A stretch of 64,000 bases of DNA from contig OZ244034.1 of the NCBI GenBank assembly GCA_965215185.1, positions 736,001 through 800,000 of the forward strand, given 5' to 3'. Origin of the DNA: Acidimicrobiia bacterium. GTDB lineage: Bacteria > Actinomycetota > Acidimicrobiia > Spongiisociales > ZC4RG35. Made by a program: the position numbers and the translations under genes. Under the pieces are notes generated by a model. That model saw only the letters and a program-made list of their open reading frames with translations, searched no databases and was not told where the DNA came from. Within the stretch, counting starts at the first letter, position 1. Each line of letters begins with the position of its first letter. This document shows, in pieces, positions 21,598-32,266 of the stretch.

Positions 21598-21947
21598 GAA
21601 CCCAGGCCCGCGCTCGTTATCTCCGCCATTCTCCCTACAAGATGAGGCGGGTGGCCGACTTGGTGAGAGGAAAACCGGTGGAAGAAGCCCAAGACCTGCT
21701 GACTCACATAAACCGGGGCGCCGCTCCCGCTATTCTCAAGGTCTTGGACTCGGCAGTGGCGAATGCCGAAAACAATCTGGAACTGGACGTCGACCAACTG
21801 AAGGTAGCGGCCGTCTATGTTGACGAAGGTCCTACTTTGCGGTCTTTTCGCGCTCGGGCCAGAGGTAGCGTGAACCGTATTCGCAAACGCACCAGCCATG
21901 TGACGGTCGTGGTCGCCGACTCCCAACATGACGAGGAGACAAACTGA
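21594..21947 (+). CDS. rplV: 50S ribosomal protein L22
   Basis: [18 protein letters not shown]. Confidence 0.97.
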   Translation: MRTQARARYLRHSPYKMRRVADLVRGKPVEEAQDLLTHINRGAAPAILKVLDSAVANAENNLELDVDQLKVAAVYVDEGPTLRSFRARARGSVNRIRKRTSHVTVVVADSQHDEETN

Positions 21948-22963
21948 TGGGACAGAAGACTAACCCCTATTCCTTCCGACTGGGTGTGGTGACGGACTGG
22001 AAGTCCAAGTGGTATTCGGACAAGGATTATGTGAACTTGGTGAACGAGGATTGGCAGATCCGCGACTATCTTCGAGGGATGCTCCTGCGAGGAGCCGTTT
22101 CCCGGATAGAAGTGGAGAGGACCAGGGACCGAGTGGTGGTGGAGATCCACACCGCCCGCCCTGGAGTGGTGATCGGTCGACGGGGAACGGAGGCGGAGCG
22201 GTTGCGCAAGGGCTTGGAAAAGCTCACCTCCAAGTCCATAAAGCTCAACATCATCGAGGTGAAGGACCCCGAGTTGGATGCTCAACTTCTCGCCCAAGGA
22301 ATCGCCGATCAGCTTGAAAACCGGGTCGCCTTCCGCCGCGCTATGAAACGGGCCTTAGGTACCGCCGGGAAAGCCGGCGCACAAGGGGTCCGAGTGGAGT
22401 GCAAGGGCAGATTGGGCGGCTCCGACATGGGTCGTCGCGAGTGGTACTTGGAGGGCCGTGTGCCGCTTCACACCATCCGCGCCGATATTGATTACGGGGT
22501 AGCCACCGCCCACACCATGGTTGGATCGGTCGGCGTCAAGGTTTGGGTCTACAAGGGAGATGTGTTCAAGACCCGTTCTTCAGGGGAGAAGATGGCCGCC
22601 GAGGTGGCCTTGGCCGCCGGAGGCCCCACTCGTCGGCGCCGTACCCCTGCCAAGGCGCGGGCCGAAGCAGCGGCCGGCCGCAAAGGTCCTCGCCTGATCG
22701 AGGCGGGTGGCGGAAAGCGTCCGGTAGAGGCCACGGCTCCCAAACGGGATGGCCGCAAACGCTTGATCGAGGCGGGCGGCGGGCGCAAGCGATCCGAGCA
22801 GACCTCTCCCGAAATCTGGGACACGGAGGACGACGTGTCGGGCGCCGACGCCACGGTCCAGACTGAAACAGCCCCCGGCGCCGACGCCACGGTCCAGACT
22901 GAAACAGCCCCCGGCGCCGACGCCACGGTCCAGACTGAAACAGCCCCCGAGGAGCGTACCTGA
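21947..22963 (+). CDS. rpsC: 30S ribosomal protein S3 with long repetitive C-terminal extension
   Basis: [33 protein letters not shown], then ~130 aa low-complexity tail. Confidence 0.97.
   Translation: MGQKTNPYSFRLGVVTDWKSKWYSDKDYVNLVNEDWQIRDYLRGMLLRGAVSRIEVERTRDRVVVEIHTARPGVVIGRRGTEAERLRKGLEKLTSKSIKLNIIEVKDPELDAQLLAQGIADQLENRVAFRRAMKRALGTAGKAGAQGVRVECKGRLGGSDMGRREWYLEGRVPLHTIRADIDYGVATAHTMVGSVGVKVWVYKGDVFKTRSSGEKMAAEVALAAGGPTRRRRTPAKARAEAAAGRKGPRLIEAGGGKRPVEATAPKRDGRKRLIEAGGGRKRSEQTSPEIWDTEDDVSGADATVQTETAPGADATVQTETAPGADATVQTETAPEERT
22841..22948 (+). repeat. Three perfect tandem 36-bp units encoding [12 protein letters not shown]
   Basis: GGCGCCGACGCCACGGTCCAGACTGAAACAGCCCCC x3, in frame in rpsC. 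Confidence 0.97.
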
Positions 22964-22964
22964 G

Positions 22965-23378
22965 ATGTTGATGCCCAAGAGGTCCCGTCACCGTAAGGTG
23001 CATCGGGGCCGCAGGAAGGGTGTTGCCAAGGGCGGCACCAAAGTGAATTTCGGCCAGTATGGTATTCAGGCCCTGACGGCAGGATGGATAACCGCTCGCC
23101 AGATCGAGTCGGCCCGAGTGGCCATCACCCGTTCGGTCCGCCGCGGAGGCCGGGTGTGGATAACCATCTTTCCCGATAAACCGGTGACCGCCAAGCCCGC
23201 TGAGACCCGGATGGGTTCAGGGAAGGGCAACCCCGAATTCTGGGTGGCGGTGGTTAAACCTGGGCGGGTCATGTTCGAGTTGTCCGGTGTTCCCGAAGAC
23301 TTGGCCCGCGAGGCGATGCGCAAGGCAGGGCACAAACTTCCCATCAGGACCAGGTTCGTAATGCGGGAGGAATCATGA
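22965..23378 (+). CDS. rplP: 50S ribosomal protein L16
   Basis: ETRMGSGKG. Confidence 0.98.
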   Translation: MLMPKRSRHRKVHRGRRKGVAKGGTKVNFGQYGIQALTAGWITARQIESARVAITRSVRRGGRVWITIFPDKPVTAKPAETRMGSGKGNPEFWVAVVKPGRVMFELSGVPEDLAREAMRKAGHKLPIRTRFVMREES

Positions 23379-23599
23379 AGACGGCGCAGTTGCGGGAACT
23401 CAACCATCGAGAACTCATGGAGAAGCTAGCCGAATCCAAGAAAGAGCTTTTCAATTTGCGTTTCCAATTGGCTACCAATCAATTGGACAACACCGCTCGA
23501 GTGAAGGCGGTCAAGAAAACGGTGGCTCGCGTCCGCACCATCCTCAGAGACCGCGAGATACAGCTTTGGTATGCCCAGCAGGAGGATTCCAATGAGTGA
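23375..23599 (+). CDS. rpmC: 50S ribosomal protein L29
   Basis: [11 protein letters not shown]. Confidence 0.96.
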   Translation: MKTAQLRELNHRELMEKLAESKKELFNLRFQLATNQLDNTARVKAVKKTVARVRTILRDREIQLWYAQQEDSNE

Positions 23600-23849
23600 G
23601 CGTCCCAGACGCAAGACCCGGGTGGGTGTGGTGGTGTCGGATCAGCGCGACCGAACGATCTCGGTGAAGGTCGCGACCTCCTACAAGCATCCCCGCTATC
23701 ACAAGGTGGTTCGCAAGAGCACCTTGTATCACGTCCACGACCAGGACAACGACGCCCGGACAGGTGATACGGTGCGCATTGTGGAGACCCGTCCGCTCTC
23801 CAAACAGAAGCGTTGGCGGATGACCGAAGTCATGGAGCGCGCCAAGTGA
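23592..23849 (+). CDS. rpsQ: 30S ribosomal protein S17
   Basis: GVVVSD, HPRY, ETRPLSK; ATG 23592. Confidence 0.97.
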   Translation: MSERPRRKTRVGVVVSDQRDRTISVKVATSYKHPRYHKVVRKSTLYHVHDQDNDARTGDTVRIVETRPLSKQKRWRMTEVMERAK

Positions 23850-24214
23850 TCCAGAAAGAGAGCAGGCTGCGGGTGGCTGACAACACCGGGGCGCGCTCAG
23901 TGTTGTGCATTGGGTTGGTGGGTGGCACCCGTCGTCGCTATGCCCGAGTGGGGGATGAGATCATGGCGAGCGTCAAGGAGGCGGTTCCCGGAGGAGTGAT
24001 CAAGAAGGGTGAAGTGGTACGGGCGGTCGTGGTGCGCACCCGCAAGGAGCGTCGCCGAGCCGACGGGACTTATATCCGTTTTGATGACAACGCCTGTGTG
24101 ATCGTCGATCCCCAGCGTCAGCCCCGCGGCACCCGGATCTTTGGACCGGTGGCTCGGGAACTGCGCGAGAAGAAGTTCATGAGGATCGTTTCCCTGGCGC
24201 CGGAGGTGCTATGA
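23846..24214 (+). CDS. rplN: 50S ribosomal protein L14
   Basis: [15 protein letters not shown]; GTG 23846. Confidence 0.98.
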   Translation: MIQKESRLRVADNTGARSVLCIGLVGGTRRRYARVGDEIMASVKEAVPGGVIKKGEVVRAVVVRTRKERRRADGTYIRFDDNACVIVDPQRQPRGTRIFGPVARELREKKFMRIVSLAPEVL

Positions 24215-24513
24215 AGCTGCGTGTAGGAGACCGAGTGAAGGTCATCACCGGCAAGGATGTCGGACGAGAGTCGCGGGTTTCTCGTGTGATCCCCAAGCTC
24301 AATAAGGTGATCGTGGAAGGCGTTAACACCGCCAAGCGTCATCAGCGTCCCCAAAGCGGGACCATGCAAGGTGGAATCATCGACAAGGACATGCCGATTC
24401 ACGCCTCGAATGTGATGATTGTTTGCGAGGAGTGCGGCCCCACCAAGATCGGAAAACGGTCTGACGAGCGGGGCAAGCGCCGCGTATGCCGCAAATGCGG
24501 AGGTGACCTGTGA
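24211..24513 (+). CDS. rplX: 50S ribosomal protein L24
   Basis: [14 protein letters not shown] motif, PIHASNV. Confidence 0.97.
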   Translation: MKLRVGDRVKVITGKDVGRESRVSRVIPKLNKVIVEGVNTAKRHQRPQSGTMQGGIIDKDMPIHASNVMIVCEECGPTKIGKRSDERGKRRVCRKCGGDL

Positions 24514-25091
24514 GTCAGTCGGTAAGCGCTTCGACGCCTCCCCGGCTCAAGGAGCGGTATCGGAGGGAAATCGCCTCTTCGCTCCAGGACGATTTGGGTC
24601 TGTCCAACCCCATGCAGGTTCCCTGTTTGGAAAAGATCGTGGTGAACATGGGGATCGGAGGAGCCATTCGTGATCGCAAGCAGGTCGGTAGCGCCATGGA
24701 AGAACTGGCCCTAATCGCCGGTCAGAAGCCTCGTTTGAACCTGGCCCGCAAGTCGGTGGCCGGTTTCAAAATCAGAAAGGGGATGCCGGTGGGTGTGTCG
24801 GTGACGCTGCGGGGCGACCGAATGTGGGAATTCTTCGACCGGATCATGTCGATCGCCATCCCCAGGGTGCGCGACTTCCGGGGCATGAAGCCCACCTCTT
24901 TCGATGGCAGGGGAAACTATTCGTTCGGTTTCGACGAACAGTTGGTATTTCCCGAGATACATTACGACCAGGTTTCGGAAACCCGCGGTATGGACATCAC
25001 CATCTGCACCACGGCTACCGGTGATGACCACGGCCGAGCTCTTCTGTCGGCTTTCGGTTTTCCCTTCCGAGTCACTGAATCGTTGCACTAA
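24510..25091 (+). CDS. rplE: 50S ribosomal protein L5
   Basis: [22 protein letters not shown]. Confidence 0.97.
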   Translation: MSQSVSASTPPRLKERYRREIASSLQDDLGLSNPMQVPCLEKIVVNMGIGGAIRDRKQVGSAMEELALIAGQKPRLNLARKSVAGFKIRKGMPVGVSVTLRGDRMWEFFDRIMSIAIPRVRDFRGMKPTSFDGRGNYSFGFDEQLVFPEIHYDQVSETRGMDITICTTATGDDHGRALLSAFGFPFRVTESLH

Positions 25092-25100
25092 GGAGTTTTC

Positions 25101-25286
25101 GTGGCGCGCAAATCACTAATAGCTAAAGCCAAACGGCCCCCCAAATTCAAGGTGCGGGGTTATAACCGCTGTCGTAAGTGTGGTCGGTCACGCTCCGTTT
25201 TGCGTGACTTCGGCATGTGCCGGATATGTGTACGCGAGTTGGCTTCCCGCGGGGAGTTGCCCGGAGTGAGAAAGGCGTCCTGGTAG
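25101..25286 (+). CDS. rpsZ: 30S ribosomal protein S14 (zinc-binding type Z)
   Basis: 61 aa, CRKCGR...[13 protein letters not shown]. Confidence 0.95.
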   Translation: MARKSLIAKAKRPPKFKVRGYNRCRKCGRSRSVLRDFGMCRICVRELASRGELPGVRKASW

Positions 25287-25288
25287 CC

Positions 25289-25693
25289 ATGATGACCGAC
25301 CCGGTCGCCGACATGTTGACCCGCATTCGCAACGGGATATCCGCCCGCCACTCCCAGGTCGAGATGCCTTCTTCCCAGCTTAAGGAAAGGATTGCCCGCA
25401 TTCTCTCTGCCGAGGGGTTCGTAGACGGCTTCTCGGTCAGCGCGGTGGACGATTCCAGACCGCATAGGACGCTGAAGATCAAGTTGAGATACTCCCCAGA
25501 GAAGGTTTCAGCCATCTCCGGTGTGCGGAGGATCTCTAAGCCCGGCCATCGCCGCTACAGTGCCGCGTCCGACATCACCCGCGTGCAGGGCGGCATGGGG
25601 ATAGTCATCGTTTCCACGTCCCAGGGCCTGCTCACCGATCGTGCAGCTCGGCGTCGGCGCCTGGGTGGCGAGATCCTCTGCGAGGTGTGGTGA
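25289..25693 (+). CDS. rpsH: 30S ribosomal protein S8
   Basis: TDPVADMLTRIRN, STSQG; ATG 25289. Confidence 0.97.
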   Translation: MMTDPVADMLTRIRNGISARHSQVEMPSSQLKERIARILSAEGFVDGFSVSAVDDSRPHRTLKIKLRYSPEKVSAISGVRRISKPGHRRYSAASDITRVQGGMGIVIVSTSQGLLTDRAARRRRLGGEILCEVW

Positions 25694-26232
25694 TGAGCAG
25701 GGTAGGAATGGTGCCAGTAGAAATCCCCTCCGGAGTGGACTTGACGGTTGATGGGTCGACAGTGCGGGTGAAGGGCCCCAAGGGCGAGTTGTCCCGGACT
25801 TTCCATGAACGGGTGAAGATCGAGGTTGAAGACAGCCGGGCGGTGGTGACCCGGGTGGACGAATCTAGGATGTCTCGTTCCCTTCACGGCCTGTCCCGCA
25901 CCCTTTTGGCCAATATGGTGACCGGGGTGGTGAATGGTTACCAGAAGGAACTGACTGTGGTGGGAGTCGGTTATCGGGCGCAACTGCGAGGAAGTGGTCT
26001 GGTCATGCAGTTAGGATTCAGCCATCCGGTCGAGATAGACGCGCCAGAGGGGATCACCTTCGAATCCCCCCAGCTCACCCGGATAGTCATCAAGGGCATC
26101 GACAAGCAGCAGGTGGGTCAGGTGGCGGCTGAGATCCGACGTATCCGTCCTCCCGAGCCCTACAAAGGCAAGGGAATTCGCTATAACGACGAGAAGGTCC
26201 GTCGTAAGGCGGGCAAGGCAGGAAGAATATGA
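25693..26232 (+). CDS. rplF: 50S ribosomal protein L6
   Basis: [16 protein letters not shown]. Confidence 0.97.
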   Translation: MSRVGMVPVEIPSGVDLTVDGSTVRVKGPKGELSRTFHERVKIEVEDSRAVVTRVDESRMSRSLHGLSRTLLANMVTGVVNGYQKELTVVGVGYRAQLRGSGLVMQLGFSHPVEIDAPEGITFESPQLTRIVIKGIDKQQVGQVAAEIRRIRPPEPYKGKGIRYNDEKVRRKAGKAGRI

Positions 26233-26582
26233 AATCCACCCGTGGTCAGGCTCGGCTTCGGCGTCACCGGCGGGTGCGCAGGAAAGTTCGCGGCAACTCC
26301 GAACGGCCCAGGTTGGCCGTGTATCGCTCCAACCGCTACATATACGCACAGGTCATCAACGACGATCAGGGTCACACCGTGGCCGCCGCCTCGTCTGTGG
26401 AACCAGAGCTTCGCAACCGTTCCCTGACCGTGGAGACGGCCGGGATCGTTGGTAAACTGTTGGCTGAACGTTGCCGCCGCGTCGGGGTGGAAACCGTGGT
26501 ATTTGATCGCGGTGGGTACCAGTTTGCGGGGAGAGTCAAGGCCTTGGCCGAGGCCGCTCGGGCCGACGGACTGAATTTTTGA
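26229..26582 (+). CDS. rplR: 50S ribosomal protein L18
   Basis: [18 protein letters not shown]. Confidence 0.97.
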   Translation: MKSTRGQARLRRHRRVRRKVRGNSERPRLAVYRSNRYIYAQVINDDQGHTVAAASSVEPELRNRSLTVETAGIVGKLLAERCRRVGVETVVFDRGGYQFAGRVKALAEAARADGLNF

Positions 26583-26589
26583 GGTAGCC

Positions 26590-27141
26590 ATGGCTGAGAT
26601 ACAACAATACGAAGAGCGGGTCATCAAGATAAGCCGTGTGGCCAAGGTGGTGAAAGGCGGACGTAGGTTCTCATTCACCGCCCTGGTGGCGGTGGGAGAC
26701 GGCGCTGGCCGGGTGGGAATCGCCCATGGCCGAGCCAAAGAAGTGCCCGTCGCCATCCAAAAGGCTATGGAGATGGCTCGCCGTTCCATGATCACCGTCC
26801 CCATGACCGGCGCCACCGTCATCCACCAGACCACCGGTAAACATGATGCTTCGCGGGTGCTCATCAAACCGGCTTCGCCCGGTACGGGAGTGATAGCGGG
26901 TGGTGCGGTGCGCCAGATTCTGGAGGCGGCCGGTATCAAAGACGCCCTCGCCAAGTCGCTCGGTTCCTCGTCCCATCTCAATGTGGCCCGGGCGACCATG
27001 AACGCCCTGAAGGGGCAGCGTCGTCCCGATGAGGTCGCACGCCTGCGAGGCAAACGTCCCGAAGAGTTTGTTCCCCCCGCCCTGCTGGATGCCTACCGTT
27101 CCACCGAAGCGATGCGCGCCGCTCCCAAGTCCGTACGATGA
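26590..27141 (+). CDS. rpsE: 30S ribosomal protein S5
   Basis: RVAKVVKGGRRFSF, GTGVIAGG. Confidence 0.98.
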   Translation: MAEIQQYEERVIKISRVAKVVKGGRRFSFTALVAVGDGAGRVGIAHGRAKEVPVAIQKAMEMARRSMITVPMTGATVIHQTTGKHDASRVLIKPASPGTGVIAGGAVRQILEAAGIKDALAKSLGSSSHLNVARATMNALKGQRRPDEVARLRGKRPEEFVPPALLDAYRSTEAMRAAPKSVR

Positions 27142-27332
27142 GTGAGCGTAAGACCCTTCGGGTAACGTTGCGTCGTAGTTTGATTGGCGAAAAACCCAAG
27201 ACGCGTCGCACGGTGCGAGGTCTGGGTCTCACCCGAATCGACCACACCGTTGAGCATGCTGATCGCCCCGAGATTCGGGGAATGATCCACCGGGTGCGTC
27301 ATCTGGTGGAAGTGGAGGAATCTCATGTCTGA
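27138..27332 (+). CDS. rpmD: 50S ribosomal protein L30
   Basis: RSLIG, LGL, IRGMI..VRHLV. Confidence 0.95.
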   Translation: MSERKTLRVTLRRSLIGEKPKTRRTVRGLGLTRIDHTVEHADRPEIRGMIHRVRHLVEVEESHV

Positions 27333-27774
27333 CCGCTTAATGCTTCATGATCTTAAACCAGCGCCGGGCTCCCGGAAAACCCGCATTCGAGTGGGTAGGG
27401 GCGCCTCCGCCCGCCGGGGTAAGAAAGCCGGTAGGGGAACAAAGGGCACCAACGCCCGAAACAAGCTTCGTCCCGGATTCGAAGGCGGCCAGACTCCGCT
27501 TGCTCGTCGCCTGCCGAAGCTGAAAGGCTTCAAGAACCCTCACCGGGAGGAGTACGCTGTGGTGAACCTTGGCGCCCTGTCCGGTTTCGGCGATGGGACC
27601 TTGATAGACCCCCAAACTCTTCGGGAAAAGGGATTGGCAAAACGGCGAGGCAAAATAAAGATCCTGGCTGACGGAGAATTGGCGTCGGCGGTGAACGTTC
27701 AAGCCCATGCCTTCAGCGCCTCGGCCCGCCAGAAGATCGAGGCTGCCGGAGGGAAATGGGAAATAGTCAGTTGA
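27325..27774 (+). CDS. rplO: 50S ribosomal protein L15
   Basis: GFEGGQTPL, KIEAAGG. Confidence 0.97.
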   Translation: MSDRLMLHDLKPAPGSRKTRIRVGRGASARRGKKAGRGTKGTNARNKLRPGFEGGQTPLARRLPKLKGFKNPHREEYAVVNLGALSGFGDGTLIDPQTLREKGLAKRRGKIKILADGELASAVNVQAHAFSASARQKIEAAGGKWEIVS

Positions 27775-27808
27775 TGACGTCGGTTCCCGGGATGGCAGGG
27801 GCAAGGCG

Positions 27809-29119
27809 ATGCTGAGCATATACCGCAATATGTTCAAAGTCCCCGATCTGCGGGGCAAGATTCTCTTCACGCTCGCCATGTTCGGCGTTTATCGGCTGGG
27901 AGCGACCATTCCGGTGCCCGGAATTGATCTTGAGGCGGTGCGGGCTTTCCAGGAACAGCAGCAGGCTGGTGGAATCTACGGTCTGCTCAACCTGTTCTCA
28001 GGAGGAGCCTTGGAGCAGTTCTCGGTCTTTTCGCTGGGAATCATTCCCTACATCACTGCCTCGATCATGATGCAGCTTTTGACTGTGGTCATCCCTAAAT
28101 TACAGGCTCTGCAGGACGAGGGTGAAGCAGGACGGAAGGTGATCACTCAGTGGACCCGCTACACGACCGTGGTCCTGGCTCTCATCCAGTCGACCGGCTT
28201 CACATACCTTTTCCACGTCGGCCGCTTCACCAATGGCATCGACTTGGTGCCCAATTACACGCCGGGGCGGGTTGCCTTGATCGTGTTGACCATGACCGCC
28301 GGCACCGCCTTCGTGATGTGGCTGGGTGAGCAGATCAGCCAGCGCGGTATCGGGAACGGGATGTCGTTAATAATCTTTGTTTCCATCCTCAGTCAGTTCC
28401 CCTTTGTGTTCGGTCAGATCTGGGGACAGACGGCTGCGGTGGGATTGTTCCTCCGCTTTGTGGTCATCATCTTGGTTTTCATGGTGGTGATCGTCACCAT
28501 CATTTACGTCGATCAAGGTCAACGACGAATTCCGGTTTCTTTCGCTAAACGGGTGCGAGGTCGGCGGGTGATGGGGGGCCAGAACACCTACATTCCCCTC
28601 AAGGTGAACACCGCTGGGGTTATCCCCGTGATTTTCGCCACCTCGATGCTGCTGTTCCCCTCTCTGCTTGTCACCGCTATACCATCCGACGCAGCCTTTG
28701 TGCAGGCCCTTTATAGATGGGTGGATCAAAACCTGGGCGGAGGTGGCCGCATCAGTTGGTGGTATGTGTTGCTCCTGTTCTCGCTCATCATCTTTTTCAC
28801 CTACTTCTACAATGCCATCCAGTTTGACCCCACCAGGCAGGCGGAAATGCTGCAACGCCAGGGCGGCTTTATCCCGGGTGTGCGTCCGGGCGGTCAGACC
28901 GCTTCATTCCTGGGCAAGATTCTCAACCGGATCACCCTCCCCGGTTCGGTTTTCCTGGCCGTGATTGCGGTGTTGCCTGCTTTGGCAGGGTTGCTGTGGA
29001 ATATTCCGATCAGCTTTTCGGGAGTCTCCATCCTCATTGTGGTGGGCGTTGCCCTGGAGACGATGAAGCAGATCGAAAGCCAACTCACCATGCGCAACTA
29101 CGAAGGCTTTCTCACTTGA
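27809..29119 (+). CDS. secY: Preprotein translocase SecY
   Basis: 10-TM pattern; LGIIPYITASI, GIGNGMSL, IPGVRPG. Confidence 0.98.
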   Translation: MLSIYRNMFKVPDLRGKILFTLAMFGVYRLGATIPVPGIDLEAVRAFQEQQQAGGIYGLLNLFSGGALEQFSVFSLGIIPYITASIMMQLLTVVIPKLQALQDEGEAGRKVITQWTRYTTVVLALIQSTGFTYLFHVGRFTNGIDLVPNYTPGRVALIVLTMTAGTAFVMWLGEQISQRGIGNGMSLIIFVSILSQFPFVFGQIWGQTAAVGLFLRFVVIILVFMVVIVTIIYVDQGQRRIPVSFAKRVRGRRVMGGQNTYIPLKVNTAGVIPVIFATSMLLFPSLLVTAIPSDAAFVQALYRWVDQNLGGGGRISWWYVLLLFSLIIFFTYFYNAIQFDPTRQAEMLQRQGGFIPGVRPGGQTASFLGKILNRITLPGSVFLAVIAVLPALAGLLWNIPISFSGVSILIVVGVALETMKQIESQLTMRNYEGFLT

Positions 29120-29138
29120 TGATGGGAGGTCGGGATCG

Positions 29139-29681
29139 ATGAGGCTCTTACTCGTCGGCCCCCCGGGCTCAGGCAAGGGCACTCAGGCGGTGCGGGTAGC
29201 CGTGCGGATGGGCATCCCGCACATTTCCACCGGCGAGATGTTCCGTCAACACGTCTCCTTGGGAACGAAATTGGGGAAGCAGGTCAAGGCTTTGATGGAG
29301 GCCGGTGAATATGTTCCCGACGACATTACCGGGAAGATGCTGGCGCAACGTTTGACGCACTCCGATAGCTCCGAGGGGTTCATTTTGGACGGCTTTCCTC
29401 GCACCATCCCTCAAGCAGAGCTGTTGGATGACCTCTTGGGAGACAATTCCTTGGATCAAGTTGTTTCCTTGGAAGTGGACAGCGGAGATCTGATGGAGAG
29501 GATGCTGGTCCGAGGTAGAGCGGATGACACTGCCGATACGATCCGTCGGCGCCTGGAGGTCTATCACAGCCAGACCGCCCCTCTACTCGATTTCTACTCC
29601 GGTCGGGGACTGATCCAACCGATAGACGGAGCAGGCGACATCGACGAGATAACCGAGCGGATCATGGCGGTGCTTCGATGA
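29139..29681 (+). CDS. adk: Adenylate kinase (short, reduced LID)
   Basis: GPPGSGKGT, LDGFPR, RGRADD. Confidence 0.96.
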   Translation: MRLLLVGPPGSGKGTQAVRVAVRMGIPHISTGEMFRQHVSLGTKLGKQVKALMEAGEYVPDDITGKMLAQRLTHSDSSEGFILDGFPRTIPQAELLDDLLGDNSLDQVVSLEVDSGDLMERMLVRGRADDTADTIRRRLEVYHSQTAPLLDFYSGRGLIQPIDGAGDIDEITERIMAVLR

Positions 29682-29691
29682 CGCCCTTTGC

Positions 29692-30483
29692 GTGGTCTCT
29701 TTGATCACTTTCAAGACCCCTGCCCAGTTCAAAAAGATGGAGATGGCCGGGCGCTGTGTGGCCAAGGCTCATGAGGCGATCCGTTCCGCGGTTCGTCCGG
29801 GAGTCACCACCATTGAGTTGGACCAGATGGCAGAGAAGGTGATCCGTGGCGAGGGGTGCATTCCGTCGTTCTTGGGGTATCGGGGTTTTCCCGCTTCGAT
29901 ATGCGCCTCGCCCAACGATGTGATCGTGCATGGGATTCCCAACTTTCGTCAAATGCGGTCGGGTGATCTGCTGTCCATCGACGTGGGAGCGATCTACCAG
30001 GGTTTTCATGCCGACGCGGCATTTTCGGTTGCAGTGGGAGAGATCTCTGGGGAGGCGGCCGCCCTTTGTAGCGCCGCCGAGACAGCGCTGTGGGCGGGTC
30101 TTGCCAAAGCACGTCCCGGAGGGAGGGTCGGCGATATCGGATCAGCGGTGGAGTCGGTGGCCCGCCGGGATGGCTATGGGGTGGTTGAAGGCTATGTCGG
30201 CCACGGGATCGGTCTGCAGATGCATGAGAAGCCTGAGGTTCCCAACGTGGGTCAGGCTGGTAAAGGAGTACGGCTGCGGGTGGGGATGGCGTTGTGTGTC
30301 GAGCCAATGTTCAACCTGGGAGGAGCGGCCACTCGGGTGGATCCAGATGGATGGACGGTGCGTACTGCTGACGGAAGCATTTCGGCCCATTGGGAGCACA
30401 CCGTTTGTCTCACTCCGGATGGGCCGTTGGTGACTACCTTGGCGGCTCCCGCAAATTTGCTTGAAAGATTGAACAGGTACTAA
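29692..30483 (+). CDS. map: Methionine aminopeptidase type I
   Basis: HGIP, GHGIG..MHE, EPM, HWEHT. Confidence 0.96.
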   Translation: MVSLITFKTPAQFKKMEMAGRCVAKAHEAIRSAVRPGVTTIELDQMAEKVIRGEGCIPSFLGYRGFPASICASPNDVIVHGIPNFRQMRSGDLLSIDVGAIYQGFHADAAFSVAVGEISGEAAALCSAAETALWAGLAKARPGGRVGDIGSAVESVARRDGYGVVEGYVGHGIGLQMHEKPEVPNVGQAGKGVRLRVGMALCVEPMFNLGGAATRVDPDGWTVRTADGSISAHWEHTVCLTPDGPLVTTLAAPANLLERLNRY

Positions 30484-30513
30484 GATGTACCAAGTTGGCA
30501 CGAGAAACATCGA

Positions 30514-30735
30514 ATGACTGAAGACGATTCTGTCGTTCGGGTGCAAGGTACCGTCCTTCAAAACCTTCCGAATGCCACATTCAAGGTGGAAGTAGACGGT
30601 GGCTTGGTGGTTTTGGCTCATGTTTCGGGGAAAATGCGTATGAGATACATCCGGATTCTTCCTGGTGACCGAGTGGACCTTGAGTTGTCGGCCTACGACC
30701 CCAGCCGGGGACGAATCGTCTGGAGATACAGATGA
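30514..30735 (+). CDS. infA: Translation initiation factor IF-1
   Basis: LPNATF, SGKMR, PGDRV. Confidence 0.97.
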   Translation: MTEDDSVVRVQGTVLQNLPNATFKVEVDGGLVVLAHVSGKMRMRYIRILPGDRVDLELSAYDPSRGRIVWRYR

Positions 30736-30845
30736 AAGTAAAACCTTCAACTCGGAAACTGTGTGAGAAGTGCCGGATTATCCGGCGCCACGGCCGCGTG
30801 TGGGTGATTTGCGAAAACCCCCGGCACAAGCAGAGGCAAGGTTAG
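30732..30845 (+). CDS. rpmJ: 50S ribosomal protein L36 (below ORF-track length cutoff)
   Basis: Hand translation [37 protein letters not shown]; ATGA overlap with infA. Confidence 0.96.
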   Translation: MKVKPSTRKLCEKCRIIRRHGRVWVICENPRHKQRQG

Positions 30846-30848
30846 GGC

Positions 30849-31229
30849 ATGGCCAGAATCGCCGGTATTGACTTGCCCCGCGACAAGCGGCTGGAGATCT
30901 CTCTCACCTATATCTTCGGGCTGGGCCGTTCGCGGGCGCTGGATATCTGCGACTACATGAGAATTGACCCTGGAACCAAGGTGAGGGACCTGACCGAGGA
31001 GGAAGCCGCATCCATCCGCCGGTTCATTGACGCCAACTACCAGGTGGAAGGGGACCTGCGGCGCCAGATCAGTCAGGACATCCGCCGCAAGACCGAAATC
31101 AGTTGCTATCAAGGTGTCAGGCATCGTCGGGGGCTGCCCGTGCGCGGACAGCGAACCCATACCAACGGTCGGACCCGCAAAGGTAGACGGATAGCGATTG
31201 CTGGCAAGAAAAAAGTCGGCAAGCACTAA
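30849..31229 (+). CDS. rpsM: 30S ribosomal protein S13
   Basis: [20 protein letters not shown]. Confidence 0.98.
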   Translation: MARIAGIDLPRDKRLEISLTYIFGLGRSRALDICDYMRIDPGTKVRDLTEEEAASIRRFIDANYQVEGDLRRQISQDIRRKTEISCYQGVRHRRGLPVRGQRTHTNGRTRKGRRIAIAGKKKVGKH

Positions 31230-31238
31230 AGGACGGAA

Positions 31239-31634
31239 ATGGCTGCCAGAGGACCGCAAAAACGGGTGCGTCGACGTGAGCGCAAGAACATTTCTCACGC
31301 CAAGGCGCACATCAAAGCGAGTTTCAACAACACCATCATCAACATCACCGACCAGCAGGGCAACACGATCGTGTGGACGTCCGGTGGCTCGGTGGGATTC
31401 AAGGGTTCCCGCAAATCCACTCCCTACGCCGCCCAATTGGCGGCAGAGGAAGCGGCACGCCAGGCCGGGGAACACGGTGTAAGAAAAATCGAGGTGATAA
31501 TCAGCGGGACTGGTCCGGGTAAGGATGCGTGGCGGACTCTTCAGCATATGGGTCTTGAGGTTTCCGGTTCACCCCGCGACGCCACCCCCACCGTTCACAA
31601 CGGCTGTCGCCCCAAGAAGCGGAGGAGAGGCTGA
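31239..31634 (+). CDS. rpsK: 30S ribosomal protein S11
   Basis: [24 protein letters not shown]. Confidence 0.98.
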   Translation: MAARGPQKRVRRRERKNISHAKAHIKASFNNTIINITDQQGNTIVWTSGGSVGFKGSRKSTPYAAQLAAEEAARQAGEHGVRKIEVIISGTGPGKDAWRTLQHMGLEVSGSPRDATPTVHNGCRPKKRRRG

Positions 31635-32239
31635 TGGCGCGATACACCGGTCCCCGTCACAAAGCGTGTCGCCGGGCGCGTCAGGCAATCTGCCAGTCGC
31701 GCAAGTGCCCGGTCGAGCGCCGCCCCTATCCACCCGGTGAGCACGGGCGTCGGCGGATCAGGGAGAGCGATTATCTGATCCGTCTTCGGGAGAAGCAAAA
31801 GCTCCGGGCGATGTACGGAGTATTGGAAAGGCAGTTCCGTGGTTATTACAAGAAGGCCGACCGCGGTGAGGGAATCACCGGGGAAAGTCTGCTCAGGCTC
31901 TTGGAATTGCGCCTCGACAACATAGTGTGGCGTTCCGGCATGGCCGCCACCCGGGCGCAGGCCCGTCAGTTGGTCAACCACGGGCATTTCTCAGTTAATG
32001 GTGCGAAGGTGGACATTCCCTCCTATCAAGTGAGGCAGGGGGATGTGGTGACGCTTCGGGAGAAGAGTCTCGACCTGATCATCGTGCAACATGCCATCGA
32101 CACCCTCAGCCGCAATGTTCCCGAGTGGTTGACTGTGGATCATGAGGGGCGCCGAATCGAAGTTTTCAGTCTGCCCAACAGGGCAGAGATCGACACAGCC
32201 ATCAACGAGCAGTTGATCGTTGAGCTTTACTCCAAGTAA
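31634..32239 (+). CDS. rpsD: 30S ribosomal protein S4
   Basis: MARYTGP, LELRLDN, ARQLVNHGH, IVELYSK. Confidence 0.98.
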   Translation: MARYTGPRHKACRRARQAICQSRKCPVERRPYPPGEHGRRRIRESDYLIRLREKQKLRAMYGVLERQFRGYYKKADRGEGITGESLLRLLELRLDNIVWRSGMAATRAQARQLVNHGHFSVNGAKVDIPSYQVRQGDVVTLREKSLDLIIVQHAIDTLSRNVPEWLTVDHEGRRIEVFSLPNRAEIDTAINEQLIVELYSK

Positions 32240-32266
32240 TACGAAGGGGAGAAGGGGTTTTTCACC

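Noticed and set aside
22841-22948. 36-bp repeats as a CRISPR array
   Set aside because: No spacers, in frame within rpsC, and no cas genes.
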